Assembly: GCA_963781585.1 (NCBI GenBank)
Contig: CAWAGQ010000004.1
Span: 1-64,000 of the forward strand
Source: an uncultured Gemmatimonadaceae bacterium
GTDB taxonomy: Bacteria; Gemmatimonadota; Gemmatimonadetes; Gemmatimonadales; Gemmatimonadaceae
Length of the DNA: 64,000 nt
Reading direction: 5' to 3'
Shown here: positions 30,589-39,794 of the stretch, in pieces
How the letters are laid out: each line of letters begins with the position of its first letter
Numbering within the stretch: position 1 is the stretch's first letter
The notes under the pieces: model-generated
What the model was told of the DNA's origin: nothing
Seen by the model: only the letters and a program-made list of their open reading frames with translations
Databases searched by the model: none
Translations under genes and position numbers: made by a program

Positions 30589-31953
30589 ATGTCCAGATCC
30601 TCCCGCGCCTTCTCGCACCAACGGATCCGGCCGCTCCAGCAGCCGTCGGAGACCGCCGTTCGCGAGCTCATGGCCGTCCGGGAGGTGGCCCACGCGTTCC
30701 TCCACGCCGACCGCCCTGAAGAGGTGTTCCAGTTCGCTCTCGAGCGTGTTCGTCCGCTCGTGGGCGCCAGCTTCGCGTCCGTCTACCTGGTCGATGGTGC
30801 CTCCGAGCTGATGCGGCTCGCCGCCTCGTGCAATTGGCCGGAGAAGTTCCGGCCATGGCTCGGCGAGATGCGTGTGCGGCTCGGGTTCGGACCGAGCGGC
30901 GAGGCTGCGGCCGAACGTCGGGTGATCGAGGTGCCCGACGTGTTCGCCGATCCCGAACTCGAGGACTGGCAGGAAGTGGCGACGGAGATCGGCTTCAAAT
31001 CGATCGTTGCGCTGCCGCTCCAGACCGGCAACCAGGTGCTGGGTACGGTCACCTTCTACTTCGACGCCGCGGGGGCGCACACCGCTGAATCGCGCGGGCT
31101 GCTGCGCATCGTCGCCGATCAGATGGCGGCCACCGCCGAGAAGGCCGCCCTGATCGACGAGATGCGCCGGGCCAACAACGCGCTGCTGGAGGCCAACGAC
31201 GAGCTGGAGCAACAGTACGTCGCGGTTCTCCAGGCCAGGCGCGTGAAGGACGAGTTCCTCGCCAACATTTCCCACGAATTGCGAACGCCGCTGACCGCGG
31301 TCATGGGATACCTGTCCATTCTGCAGGAGGAACTGTCCGGTCCTCTCACGCAGGGACAACGCGATGATCTGGCGCACGTGAAGCGCGCCAGCGAGCGGTT
31401 GCTGTCGCTGATAGACGATCTCCTGGAACTCACCTCCCTCAAGCGCGGCGGCTACGACGTCGCCGTCGAGGAGTTCGACCCGCGGGTGCCCCTGCTCGAC
31501 GCGACGCGTCTGGTGGAAGGACGAGACCCGGACGTGGCGCTGCGCGTGGAGGAGCCGGCCGGACTTCCGCCGACGTTGCGCAGCGATCGGCGCAAGATCG
31601 AGAAGATTCTCTCCAGCCTGTTGAGCAACGCCTACAAGTTCACCCACCGAGGCGAAGTGGTCGCCTCGATCGAAATCCACGGCGACGGGGTGGTGTATCG
31701 GCTCCAGGATTCCGGAATCGGTATCCCTCCCGCAGCGCAAAGCATTGTCTTCGACGAATTCCGGCAGGTGGACGGATCAGAAACCCGTCAATACGGGGGC
31801 TCCGGACTCGGACTCGCACTGGCGCGCCAACTCGCGCGCGCGCTAGGCGGCGACATTCTGCTCGAATCCGTCGAGGGAGAAGGCTCCATCTTCACCGTGG
31901 AACTGCCGTTCGAGGCGCCGTTGTCGGTTGCCGGCCTGCTCCCGGACACGTGA
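30589..31953 (+). CDS. Cytoplasmic GAF-domain sensor histidine kinase
   Basis: GAF region (SIVALPL), H-box SHELRTPL, N-box NAYKFT, DSGIGI, GSGLGL; no TM segment. Confidence 0.93.
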   Translation: MSRSSRAFSHQRIRPLQQPSETAVRELMAVREVAHAFLHADRPEEVFQFALERVRPLVGASFASVYLVDGASELMRLAASCNWPEKFRPWLGEMRVRLGFGPSGEAAAERRVIEVPDVFADPELEDWQEVATEIGFKSIVALPLQTGNQVLGTVTFYFDAAGAHTAESRGLLRIVADQMAATAEKAALIDEMRRANNALLEANDELEQQYVAVLQARRVKDEFLANISHELRTPLTAVMGYLSILQEELSGPLTQGQRDDLAHVKRASERLLSLIDDLLELTSLKRGGYDVAVEEFDPRVPLLDATRLVEGRDPDVALRVEEPAGLPPTLRSDRRKIEKILSSLLSNAYKFTHRGEVVASIEIHGDGVVYRLQDSGIGIPPAAQSIVFDEFRQVDGSETRQYGGSGLGLALARQLARALGGDILLESVEGEGSIFTVELPFEAPLSVAGLLPDT

Positions 31954-31973
31954 CGGATTCATCGACCAATCCC

Positions 31974-32264
31974 ATGAGCTCGCAGATCCGACCCCTGATG
32001 GAGTATCGAACCACGCTCTCGCCCGCCGACGTCCTGACAGCGGCCAAGCGGTTCTTTTCCCGTCGCAATACCATTTACGCCGCCTTCGTCGAGCAGGAAG
32101 GCCCCTCCTGGGTGACGTTGCGCGGCCAGGGCGGCGAAGAAATCGTAATCGGTGCAGTTGCCGCGCCGCTCGGAACGCGGGTCACGGGATCGACCTACCT
32201 GTTCGACTCTCAAATCGAACGGTTTTTCTCCACGCTGCCGCCGGCTGGCGAGGTGTCTGCATGA
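31974..32264 (+). CDS. Small hypothetical protein
   Basis: GC3-rich ORF between two co-oriented genes; stop overlaps next ATG (ATGA). Confidence 0.7.
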   Translation: MSSQIRPLMEYRTTLSPADVLTAAKRFFSRRNTIYAAFVEQEGPSWVTLRGQGGEEIVIGAVAAPLGTRVTGSTYLFDSQIERFFSTLPPAGEVSA

Positions 32265-32587
32265 CCACACCCGTGGTGCTGCAGCTTCGCTCCCGGCCCA
32301 CGGTCATTCAGCTCGGTCCGGAAGATCAGCCCGCGATTCAGTTCCGGGTTGAGATTCCCGAGGTCTGGGACGTCGTTCGTGTTCAGGCGCCTGCTACCAC
32401 CCCGGTGGCTGCGGTGAAGCAGCGAGCGCTGGAGGCGCTCGTCCCGGACTCGGACGATCCACGCGCCTGGGTTGTGAAGCTCGGAGGATTCGAGGTGCTG
32501 GACGAGGAGGGGTCGCTCCTCGACACCGGAGTGCGCACCGGCTCCACCCTGTTGATAACCGGCCGGAAGCGACGACCGGTTCGCTGA
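32261..32587 (+). CDS. Ubiquitin-like (beta-grasp, EsaB/YukD-like) protein
   Basis: Pattern FRVEIP / VVRVQA / TPVAAVKQRAL / WVVKLGG / SLLDTGVRTGSTLLIT matches the ubiquitin-fold signature by eye. Confidence 0.65.
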   Translation: MTTPVVLQLRSRPTVIQLGPEDQPAIQFRVEIPEVWDVVRVQAPATTPVAAVKQRALEALVPDSDDPRAWVVKLGGFEVLDEEGSLLDTGVRTGSTLLITGRKRRPVR

Positions 32588-32621
32588 GGCGGCGCAGGCG
32601 AACCACCCTGGATCGATTCTC

Positions 32622-33605
32622 GTGTCCGTTGCGTACATCTCCAACGCCGAATGCGGACGTCACGATACCGGGTGGGGTCATCCCGAACACGTTGGTCGCC
32701 TTCGCGCAATTCCTGGCGCCATCCGGGATCATCCGGAGCTCTTCCACGCCTTGGCGCACCACGAAGGGCGCATCGCCTCCGAGGACGAAATCGCAATCGC
32801 ACACGGTCGGCCATACATCGCGAGCGTTCGGAGCATCGCGGAGGCTGGCGGTGGAGCGTTCGACTCGGACACGGTTGCCAGCACCGGCACATGGAGCGCT
32901 GCGTGCGCGGCCGTGGGATGCGTCCTCGACGGGGTTGACATGTCTCTGGACGGCCGCGCGGTCCGATCGTTCAGCGCCGTGCGCCCTCCGGGGCATCACG
33001 CGCTGCGCGCCCGGGCCATGGGATTCTGCTTCTTTGGGAATGTCGCGGTCGCGGCAAGATACGCCCGCTTGCGGCACGGCTTGGACAGGGTCCTGATCGT
33101 CGACTGGGACGTACATCACGGCAACGGGACGCAGTCGCTCGTGCAAGATGACCCCGGAATCCACTATGTCTCCATGCATCAGTGGCCGTGGTACCCGGGT
33201 ACGGGCCGAGAGACCGACCGGGGGCCGCACGGGTCGGTGTGGAACGTCCCATTGCCGGCCGGGCTGCCGGCCGGGCGCTATGCCTCCGCGTTGTGGCAGG
33301 CCGTGGACCGTGCCACCGAGGGATTCAGTCCGGACCTGGTTCTTGTGTCGGCTGGCTTCGACTGCCTGGCCGGCGATCCGCTGGGAGGCTTCACCTTCGA
33401 GATCGCGGACATGGGGGAGCTGACACGGGAGCTTGCGGCTCGTGCCCAGGGCTGGTGCGACGGTCGGGTGGTAGCGGTACTGGAGGGCGGCTACGTGCCC
33501 CCACGCGTGGGGGAGGGGGCGGTGGCCATGATGTTGGCGATGGTTCAGGCGCCTGAGGGCGGCGTAGGACCCTCGCAACCCGGCAATGTTGTCCGAGCCG
33601 GTTGA
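32622..33605 (+). CDS. Zn-dependent histone deacetylase-family amidohydrolase
   Basis: HPE, RPPGHHA, GFC, DWDVHHGNGTQ, SAGFD, LEGGY. Confidence 0.94.
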   Translation: MSVAYISNAECGRHDTGWGHPEHVGRLRAIPGAIRDHPELFHALAHHEGRIASEDEIAIAHGRPYIASVRSIAEAGGGAFDSDTVASTGTWSAACAAVGCVLDGVDMSLDGRAVRSFSAVRPPGHHALRARAMGFCFFGNVAVAARYARLRHGLDRVLIVDWDVHHGNGTQSLVQDDPGIHYVSMHQWPWYPGTGRETDRGPHGSVWNVPLPAGLPAGRYASALWQAVDRATEGFSPDLVLVSAGFDCLAGDPLGGFTFEIADMGELTRELAARAQGWCDGRVVAVLEGGYVPPRVGEGAVAMMLAMVQAPEGGVGPSQPGNVVRAG

Positions 33606-33908
33606 CGGCCAGAGCGGGACGGCCCGTACGTGTAAGTGCCGTGCCGTAGTACGCTTGCAACGCGTGACCGGGCCTCCCCTGCTGGTCGTCCAAAGGCTGG
33701 GAGACGCGGTTCGCGAGTCGGGCGGCGGGCTCGGGGCTGTTGACGATGGCAGGTTCTTCGCGAGCAGGAACGGGTTACCTCGTCTTCACGACGTGCCGAT
33801 ACTCATGGCGGCCGGGGCGTGACGCACGTCACCGGCATTGGACGACGTGAGTCGGCACCGGCAGCACGGAACCGGTCGCGGGGTCCGTCCCGCGCCTAAC
33901 GAGATACG

Positions 33909-34592
33909 ATGTCGAAATCCCAGGCCCTGCGAGATCGATCGAGCGGCAACGGCCGCATTGAGGGTGCGCTGCAGCTTTGCGGCATCGTTTCCCTCGAGGA
34001 CCGTGCGCCGGTGCGCGTCGAGCAGGGGATGGTGGTGACCTTCCGTGATCTCGGCGCGCTCGTGCGCGAGACGACGTTCTCCGCTCGTGCCACCGATGAT
34101 GCGGAGATCGCCGCCTACCGCGCTGTCGTCGAGTCGGCGTTCGGTTCGCGCTCGGTGCTTCCGGCGCCGTTCGGAACGGTCTTCCGAAACCGCGATTCGC
34201 TGTTGCGCTGGCTGGAGCTTCACTACTTCACCCTCGCCGACGTCCTCCGCTATCTGCACGAGCGCCAGGTGGCACGCGTCCGCGTCACGCCCGGGGCGAC
34301 GGCGTTGACGTGGGATACGCGAGAACACATCTCGCGAGAGGCGGACCTCGAGGTGACCGCATTTGATTCGTTCCGCGTGTTGCGACGCCAGGCGGTGGCG
34401 TTCCTCCCCGTCGCGACCACCCGTGAAGGGATTCCGGAAGGTGCCGAAGCGGCGTTTCTCATCGAGCGGGAACGGTGGAATGCGTTCACCTCGGCCGTGA
34501 AGGACGAGCAGCGGCGGCTCCCGGACCTGCGGTTCGAGCAAACGGGTCCCTGGCCACCGTATGACTTCGTCACGCTGGATCTCCATGGCTAG
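33909..34592 (+). CDS. GvpL/GvpF-family protein
   Basis: VLPAPFGTVF and C-terminal TGPWPPYDFV motifs. Confidence 0.8.
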   Translation: MSKSQALRDRSSGNGRIEGALQLCGIVSLEDRAPVRVEQGMVVTFRDLGALVRETTFSARATDDAEIAAYRAVVESAFGSRSVLPAPFGTVFRNRDSLLRWLELHYFTLADVLRYLHERQVARVRVTPGATALTWDTREHISREADLEVTAFDSFRVLRRQAVAFLPVATTREGIPEGAEAAFLIERERWNAFTSAVKDEQRRLPDLRFEQTGPWPPYDFVTLDLHG

Positions 34593-34704
34593 CTGCACCC
34601 GCGCCACCCGTGGGCGCCGCCCCTGGCCCGGTCGACGTGCCGACGTCGGCGCGCGGTTGGCAGGATGCCCAGCCGGCCTTCCCCCCAGTCTGCCCGGCTG
34701 ACGC

Positions 34705-35712
34705 ATGTTCTGTCCTTCCTGCGGCACCTGGAATCGGACGAGCGCGGTGCACTGCGTGCGCTGCAAGGCGGGGCTTCCCGAGCTTCGGGAGCATCCCGCC
34801 GAGCCGCCCGACGCGGAGCTGTCTGCCGTGCGGAAGGCCACCGGTGGACGCTATCGCGTGCTGCGTCGCATGGGCAGCGGCGGCATGGCCCACGTCTACT
34901 ACGCCCTCCACGCCGTGCTCGAGCGGCCGCTTGTCATCAAGGTCCTGCACCAGCACCTCGCGAAGGATCCGGAGATGCGGGAGCGTTTCCGGCGCGAGGC
35001 CGAATCGGCGGCGCAGCTCGTGCACCCGCACATCTGCTCCATCGTCGACTACGGCGCCCTCGGCGACACCGTGTACCTCATCATGCCGTTTCTCGCCGGC
35101 GGCTCTCTGGCCGACCTGCTCGCGCGAGACCGGACCATAGCGCCGTCGGTGGCCGCTGCGATCGCCGGACAGGTCGCCACCGCCCTCAACTACGCCCATC
35201 GCCGCGGCATCATCCACCGCGACATCAAGCCGGACAACGTGCTGTTCGACGAGGATGGGCATGCGCTCATCACAGACTTCGGCATCGCGACCGCCCGCTT
35301 CCACGGCCGCCTCACGAGAACGGGGCGCGCCATGGGCACGCCGCACTACATGTCGCCCGAACAGGCAATGGGGAAGATGGTCGATGGCCGGAGCGACCTG
35401 TATGCCGTGGGCGTGATGCTCTACGAGATGCTGCTTGGATTCCCGCCATTCGACGGCGCCGACTCGTATTCCGTCGGATACAAGCAGGTTCACGAGACCG
35501 CTGTTTCTCCCGACGTCGTCTCGTCGAACCTGCCGGCCGAGCTCAGCGAGGTCACGATGAAGTGCCTGGCGAAGAATCCCACTGAGCGGTATCAGAACGG
35601 ATTCGACCTCGCCGACGCGCTTCTCAGGTTTCTGGGCACTACCGGCTCGACCGACGAACTCCGCACCGCGTGGTACGCGCGAAAGACCGGGAGCTCGGTG
35701 GCCACGATCTAG
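34705..35712 (+). CDS. Hanks-type Ser/Thr protein kinase with N-terminal Zn ribbon
   Basis: CPSC...CVRC; GSGGMA, VIKVL, HRDIKPDN, DFG, GTPHYMSPE. Confidence 0.94.
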   Translation: MFCPSCGTWNRTSAVHCVRCKAGLPELREHPAEPPDAELSAVRKATGGRYRVLRRMGSGGMAHVYYALHAVLERPLVIKVLHQHLAKDPEMRERFRREAESAAQLVHPHICSIVDYGALGDTVYLIMPFLAGGSLADLLARDRTIAPSVAAAIAGQVATALNYAHRRGIIHRDIKPDNVLFDEDGHALITDFGIATARFHGRLTRTGRAMGTPHYMSPEQAMGKMVDGRSDLYAVGVMLYEMLLGFPPFDGADSYSVGYKQVHETAVSPDVVSSNLPAELSEVTMKCLAKNPTERYQNGFDLADALLRFLGTTGSTDELRTAWYARKTGSSVATI

Positions 35713-35767
35713 CCTTCGCGGCAAACGCCCTCTGCGCTTTGCGCGCGACGGGCGCTAGCATTTCCTG

Positions 35768-38026
35768 GTGACCCTTCGCTACCTGTCGGTCGCCATTCCC
35801 GTCCCGCTGTTTCGCACGTTCACCTATACGGTGAACGGTGACGATATGGGCCGTGCGGTCCCGGGTGCGCGGGTGGTGGTCCCGGTGCGGAATCGTCCCG
35901 TCGTCGGCATCGTCGTTGCCACAGACGTTGTGGCAGAGCCCGGACGGCGATACCTCCCGGTTTCGGCCGTGCCCGACGAGCCGCCCGCGGTGCCAGAGGC
36001 GCTTCTGCGCACCTGCCGCTGGCTGGGGGATTACTACGCCGCTCCTCCGGGGCTGGTGCTCCGCAGCGTGCTGCCGGCGCTCCTCGCCGCGGCGACCGAG
36101 CCCTCGCCCGCGCCGCGGACCCATCGCGTCGCCGTTCTCGCACGCTCCCTCGATTCCCTGCTCGACCGCGAGACCATTTTCCAGCGAACCCGCAAACAAC
36201 GCGACGCGTACGAGTTGCTCGAGTCGCTGAACCAGCGGGCGCCGGTGGATGTCCTGGCACAGCGGGGCATTTCCACCGCGGTCCTCAAGGGCCTGGAGAA
36301 ACGCGGGCTCCTGCGGTTCGAACGCGAGCCGGTGTATCGGGACGCGCTGGCGGGACGCGCCCTCCACAATGGCGCGAGTCACCAGCCCACTCCAGCACAA
36401 CAACTCGCCGTCGATCGCATCGTGACCGGCGGTAGTGGCGACGTATTTCTCCTGTTCGGTATCACGGGCAGCGGAAAGACCCTCGTGTACATCGAGGTCC
36501 TTCGTCGCGTCATCGCGCGCGGCGATCGCACCGCCATCGTTCTCGTTCCCGAAATCGCGCTCACGCCACAGACTGTCGATCGGTTCCGCGGGGCCTTCGG
36601 CGACCAGGTCGCGGTGCTGCATTCGGCGCTGTCGGACGGCGAGCGAGTGGATGCCTGGCGCGCCATTCGCCGCGGCGACAAGCGCATAGTGGTAGGAGCG
36701 CGTTCGGCCATTTTCGCGCCGCTCGAGCGGGTCGGCGCCATCATCGTGGACGAAGAGCACGAGCCGAGCTACAAGCAGAACGAGACTCCCCGCTACCACG
36801 CGCGTGAAGTGGCCCTCGTCCGCGCACGCGAGGAAGGGGCGGTCCTGGTGCTTGGCAGTGCCACGCCATGCCTGGAGACCTGGGCGCATGCCGACCGGGG
36901 AGAGTACCATCTCCTGTCCCTCCCAGAGCGGGTAGGCGGTGGCACGTTGCCCGCCGTGGAGGTCGTTGACCTGCGACAACCCCGCACGACGCGCGCGGCC
37001 CTTCCGCCGGATTCCTTTCGTCGCGTGGTGAGCGAACGCCTCGAGACGGCTCTCGCGACGTGTCTGGCGCGAGGAGAGCAGGCGATCCTCCTGCTCAACC
37101 GGAGGGGGTACGCGGCGTTCGTGCAATGCATCTCGTGCGGCGACGTGGCCACCTGCCCGAATTGCTCCATCTCGCTCACTTTCCACCGGTCTCCCGAGCG
37201 CCTGGTCTGTCACTACTGCTCCCACGTCGAGGGCGCGCGCGATCGGTGCGCTCGCTGCGCCCAGCCCACTATTCGCGAACGGGGTCTCGGAACCCAGCAG
37301 GTGGAGCGGTTGCTTGTCGAGCGCTTCCCGGCCTCGCGGATCGCGCGCATGGACGTCGACACCACCGGCGCGAAGTGGGCGCATGCCCGCATCCTCGACC
37401 GGGTGGCGCGGGGCGAGGTGGACGTCCTCCTGGGGACACAGATGATCGCCAAGGGACTCGACTTCCCCAACGTGACGCTGGTAGGCGTCGTGGATGCCGA
37501 CGTCGGGATGAACCTCCCGGACTTCCGCTCGTCGGAACGCTGCTTTCAACTGATGGCGCAGGTGGCGGGACGGGCGGGGCGTGGCCCCAAGGGGGGCAGG
37601 GTGTTTGTCCAGACGCGTCTCCCCGAGCACCACGCCGTACGCTGCGCCGTCACGCACGACGTGCTCGGCTTTGTCCGGCAGGAGATGGCGGATCGCGCGT
37701 CGCCACCATATCCGCCGACGGTTCGCCTCGCGAACCTGGTGTTCAGCGGCCTGAGCGAGGCCGGCGTTGCGACTCTCGCGCAAAGGGCGGCCGACTGGAT
37801 CGGCCGGCTGCTCGGTCGCCAGGAGGGTCTCGGTATCACGGTGGTGGGCCCGGCTCCCTGTCCGGTCGCCCGCATCAAATCACGGTGGCGCTGGCACGTG
37901 CTGCTCAAGGCGGAACGGAGTCGCGATCTCACTCGGGTGGCGCGGTACTTCGCCAGTCGATTTCCGGTACCGCACCGCGCCGGGTTGCGGGTGATCGTCG
38001 ATCGGGACCCCATGAGCCTACTCTGA
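35768..38026 (+). CDS. priA: Primosomal protein N'
   Basis: GITGSGKT, VPEIALTPQ, DEEH, NRRGYA, four CxxC pairs, GTQMIAKGLDFP, QVAGRAGR. Confidence 0.97.
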   Translation: MTLRYLSVAIPVPLFRTFTYTVNGDDMGRAVPGARVVVPVRNRPVVGIVVATDVVAEPGRRYLPVSAVPDEPPAVPEALLRTCRWLGDYYAAPPGLVLRSVLPALLAAATEPSPAPRTHRVAVLARSLDSLLDRETIFQRTRKQRDAYELLESLNQRAPVDVLAQRGISTAVLKGLEKRGLLRFEREPVYRDALAGRALHNGASHQPTPAQQLAVDRIVTGGSGDVFLLFGITGSGKTLVYIEVLRRVIARGDRTAIVLVPEIALTPQTVDRFRGAFGDQVAVLHSALSDGERVDAWRAIRRGDKRIVVGARSAIFAPLERVGAIIVDEEHEPSYKQNETPRYHAREVALVRAREEGAVLVLGSATPCLETWAHADRGEYHLLSLPERVGGGTLPAVEVVDLRQPRTTRAALPPDSFRRVVSERLETALATCLARGEQAILLLNRRGYAAFVQCISCGDVATCPNCSISLTFHRSPERLVCHYCSHVEGARDRCARCAQPTIRERGLGTQQVERLLVERFPASRIARMDVDTTGAKWAHARILDRVARGEVDVLLGTQMIAKGLDFPNVTLVGVVDADVGMNLPDFRSSERCFQLMAQVAGRAGRGPKGGRVFVQTRLPEHHAVRCAVTHDVLGFVRQEMADRASPPYPPTVRLANLVFSGLSEAGVATLAQRAADWIGRLLGRQEGLGITVVGPAPCPVARIKSRWRWHVLLKAERSRDLTRVARYFASRFPVPHRAGLRVIVDRDPMSLL

Positions 38027-38074
38027 CGGAACGCCCGATTCCCGCCCGCCACGTCTCCCGTCATCTTTCATGCC

Positions 38075-39205
38075 GTGACCCGATTCGTGCATCCCGACTT
38101 CACGGCGGCGCAATTCGCTACCGCACCAGACGCCACCTTCGTCCCGGCGCCGGCACATGGCGTGCTCCCGGCGCAGTTCTTCTCCACCACGAACCTTCCC
38201 ACCTATGTACGTGTGGGTGGGGCGTGGCGACTCCCCCGTGAACCGCGCATGGATTCGGCGCTGGTGCTGCAGCCTGACGGCGAGCTGTTCGTTCGCGAAG
38301 GACGTCGGGTACGGCAGAACGACCTCGTCGCGGTGGGGGAGAAGGAGGACGGGAGCGAGGGAATACTCGTCTGGTCCGATGCCTTCCTGCCGGAGACGGC
38401 CGCGGACAACGAATTCCGGTTCATGACGAGCGAGGTGTCGCGCGAGAAGCCGATCGACTACGCGCTCATGGCCCGCATCCTCATCGAGGACAGGGAGCGC
38501 GGGGGGTACCCGATCTGGGTCACCGGGCCGGCGCTGGTGCACTCGCGCGCCCGCACCGACTTCGTCTGGTTCATTCGCAACCGGTTCGTCGGCGCTCTGC
38601 TCGCCGGCAATGCCGTCGCCGTGCACGACATCGAGGCGTCCATCTACGGCACCACGCTCGGGATGACGCGCACCGGGGAGGTGCCCCCCGGAGGACACGG
38701 TCTTCACATGCGCGCCATCAATCGCGTGCGGTCCGCAGGGTCGATCCAGGCGGCGGTGGAGCAGGGAATCGTGACCGACGGTATCATGCATGCCTGCGTG
38801 GTGCAGGGCGTGCCGTTCGTACTGTGCGGTTCCATTCGCGACGACGGTCCGCTGCCTGAAGTGTACACGGACACGCTCGAGGCACAGGATGCCATGCGCT
38901 GCCACGCGGTGAAGTCCACGATGGCCGTCATGATCGCGACCGCGCTGCATTCGATCGCTACCGGAAACATGCTGCCGGCCTTCATCATGGAGCCCGACGG
39001 TGGGCTGCGCGAACTCCCGACCATCTGTGTCGACTCGTCTGAATTCGTCGTGAGCAAACTCAAGGATCGCGGCACGCATCAGGCTTTTGCGGTCGTCACC
39101 AACGCACAGGATTTCATGCACATTCTTCGCCTGTATGTGGAGCGCGAGATGGACCAGCGGGGCCTGACGATGGCGTTTGGCCGCGTTGCGGCGATGGGAC
39201 GATGA
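38075..39205 (+). CDS. LOR/SDH-conserved-domain (TIGR00300-like) protein, putative ornithine cyclodeaminase
   Basis: FFSTTN, FMTSEVSREKP, GNAVAVHDIE, GSIRDDGPLP, LHSIATGNMLP. Confidence 0.8.
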   Translation: MTRFVHPDFTAAQFATAPDATFVPAPAHGVLPAQFFSTTNLPTYVRVGGAWRLPREPRMDSALVLQPDGELFVREGRRVRQNDLVAVGEKEDGSEGILVWSDAFLPETAADNEFRFMTSEVSREKPIDYALMARILIEDRERGGYPIWVTGPALVHSRARTDFVWFIRNRFVGALLAGNAVAVHDIEASIYGTTLGMTRTGEVPPGGHGLHMRAINRVRSAGSIQAAVEQGIVTDGIMHACVVQGVPFVLCGSIRDDGPLPEVYTDTLEAQDAMRCHAVKSTMAVMIATALHSIATGNMLPAFIMEPDGGLRELPTICVDSSEFVVSKLKDRGTHQAFAVVTNAQDFMHILRLYVEREMDQRGLTMAFGRVAAMGR

Positions 39206-39714
39206 CCGAGAATCAACAGCGTTTTCTGCGCGCCATCGCCGAACGGATTCCGGCCCGACAGATCGCGGAGGTCCGGCTCTTCCCAACCATCCGTCAAGGT
39301 CAGATGGAAAGCGCGGTCGCGGTCCTCGCCGTGGAGCAGCTGCCCGACCCGCGGAGCGAACGCGTCATTCCGCTCGACGGCTCCGCGATGGATGAACCGC
39401 CGGCAGATGCGCTGCCAGAGGATGACTCGCCCGGAGATACTCCACTGGTGCAAGAGGCAGGTCAGCTGGAGTCTCCCCCCGGTCCCGACCAGAAATACTC
39501 CGTGCTCACTGCGCGCTATCGCCTGGCCATCAAGGGACCGGACCGCGGCGCATGGGAGTTCGAGATTGTTCACGATGCCGACGCGCCATTGGACGCCGTC
39601 GAACGGGTGGTCCGCGGCGTGTCCCGGCGGGTTGGTGAGGATGGAGAGCCCGACCTCCTGTCGGCCTCGGACTTTCACCGCGCTGTCACGGAGCCGTGGT
39701 GGTCGGATACGTGA
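39202..39714 (+). CDS. Hypothetical protein with acidic/Pro-rich central linker
   Basis: ATGA overlap with the upstream gene; coding-like codon use. Confidence 0.7.
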   Translation: MTENQQRFLRAIAERIPARQIAEVRLFPTIRQGQMESAVAVLAVEQLPDPRSERVIPLDGSAMDEPPADALPEDDSPGDTPLVQEAGQLESPPGPDQKYSVLTARYRLAIKGPDRGAWEFEIVHDADAPLDAVERVVRGVSRRVGEDGEPDLLSASDFHRAVTEPWWSDT

Positions 39715-39794
39715 TCGCCTTTCCCACCACGGCGGCGTGGGCGCCGGCCCGTCGTTCGATCTCCACGCGGTTCGCCTGAACGGACTCACGACTC

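Noticed and set aside
14231..37783. Very long antisense or alternate-frame ORFs (e.g. 14231..15970, 20311..22578, 23669..25966, 27775..29883, 35639..37783)
   Set aside because: Shadows of real genes, expected in high-GC DNA; no recognisable motifs
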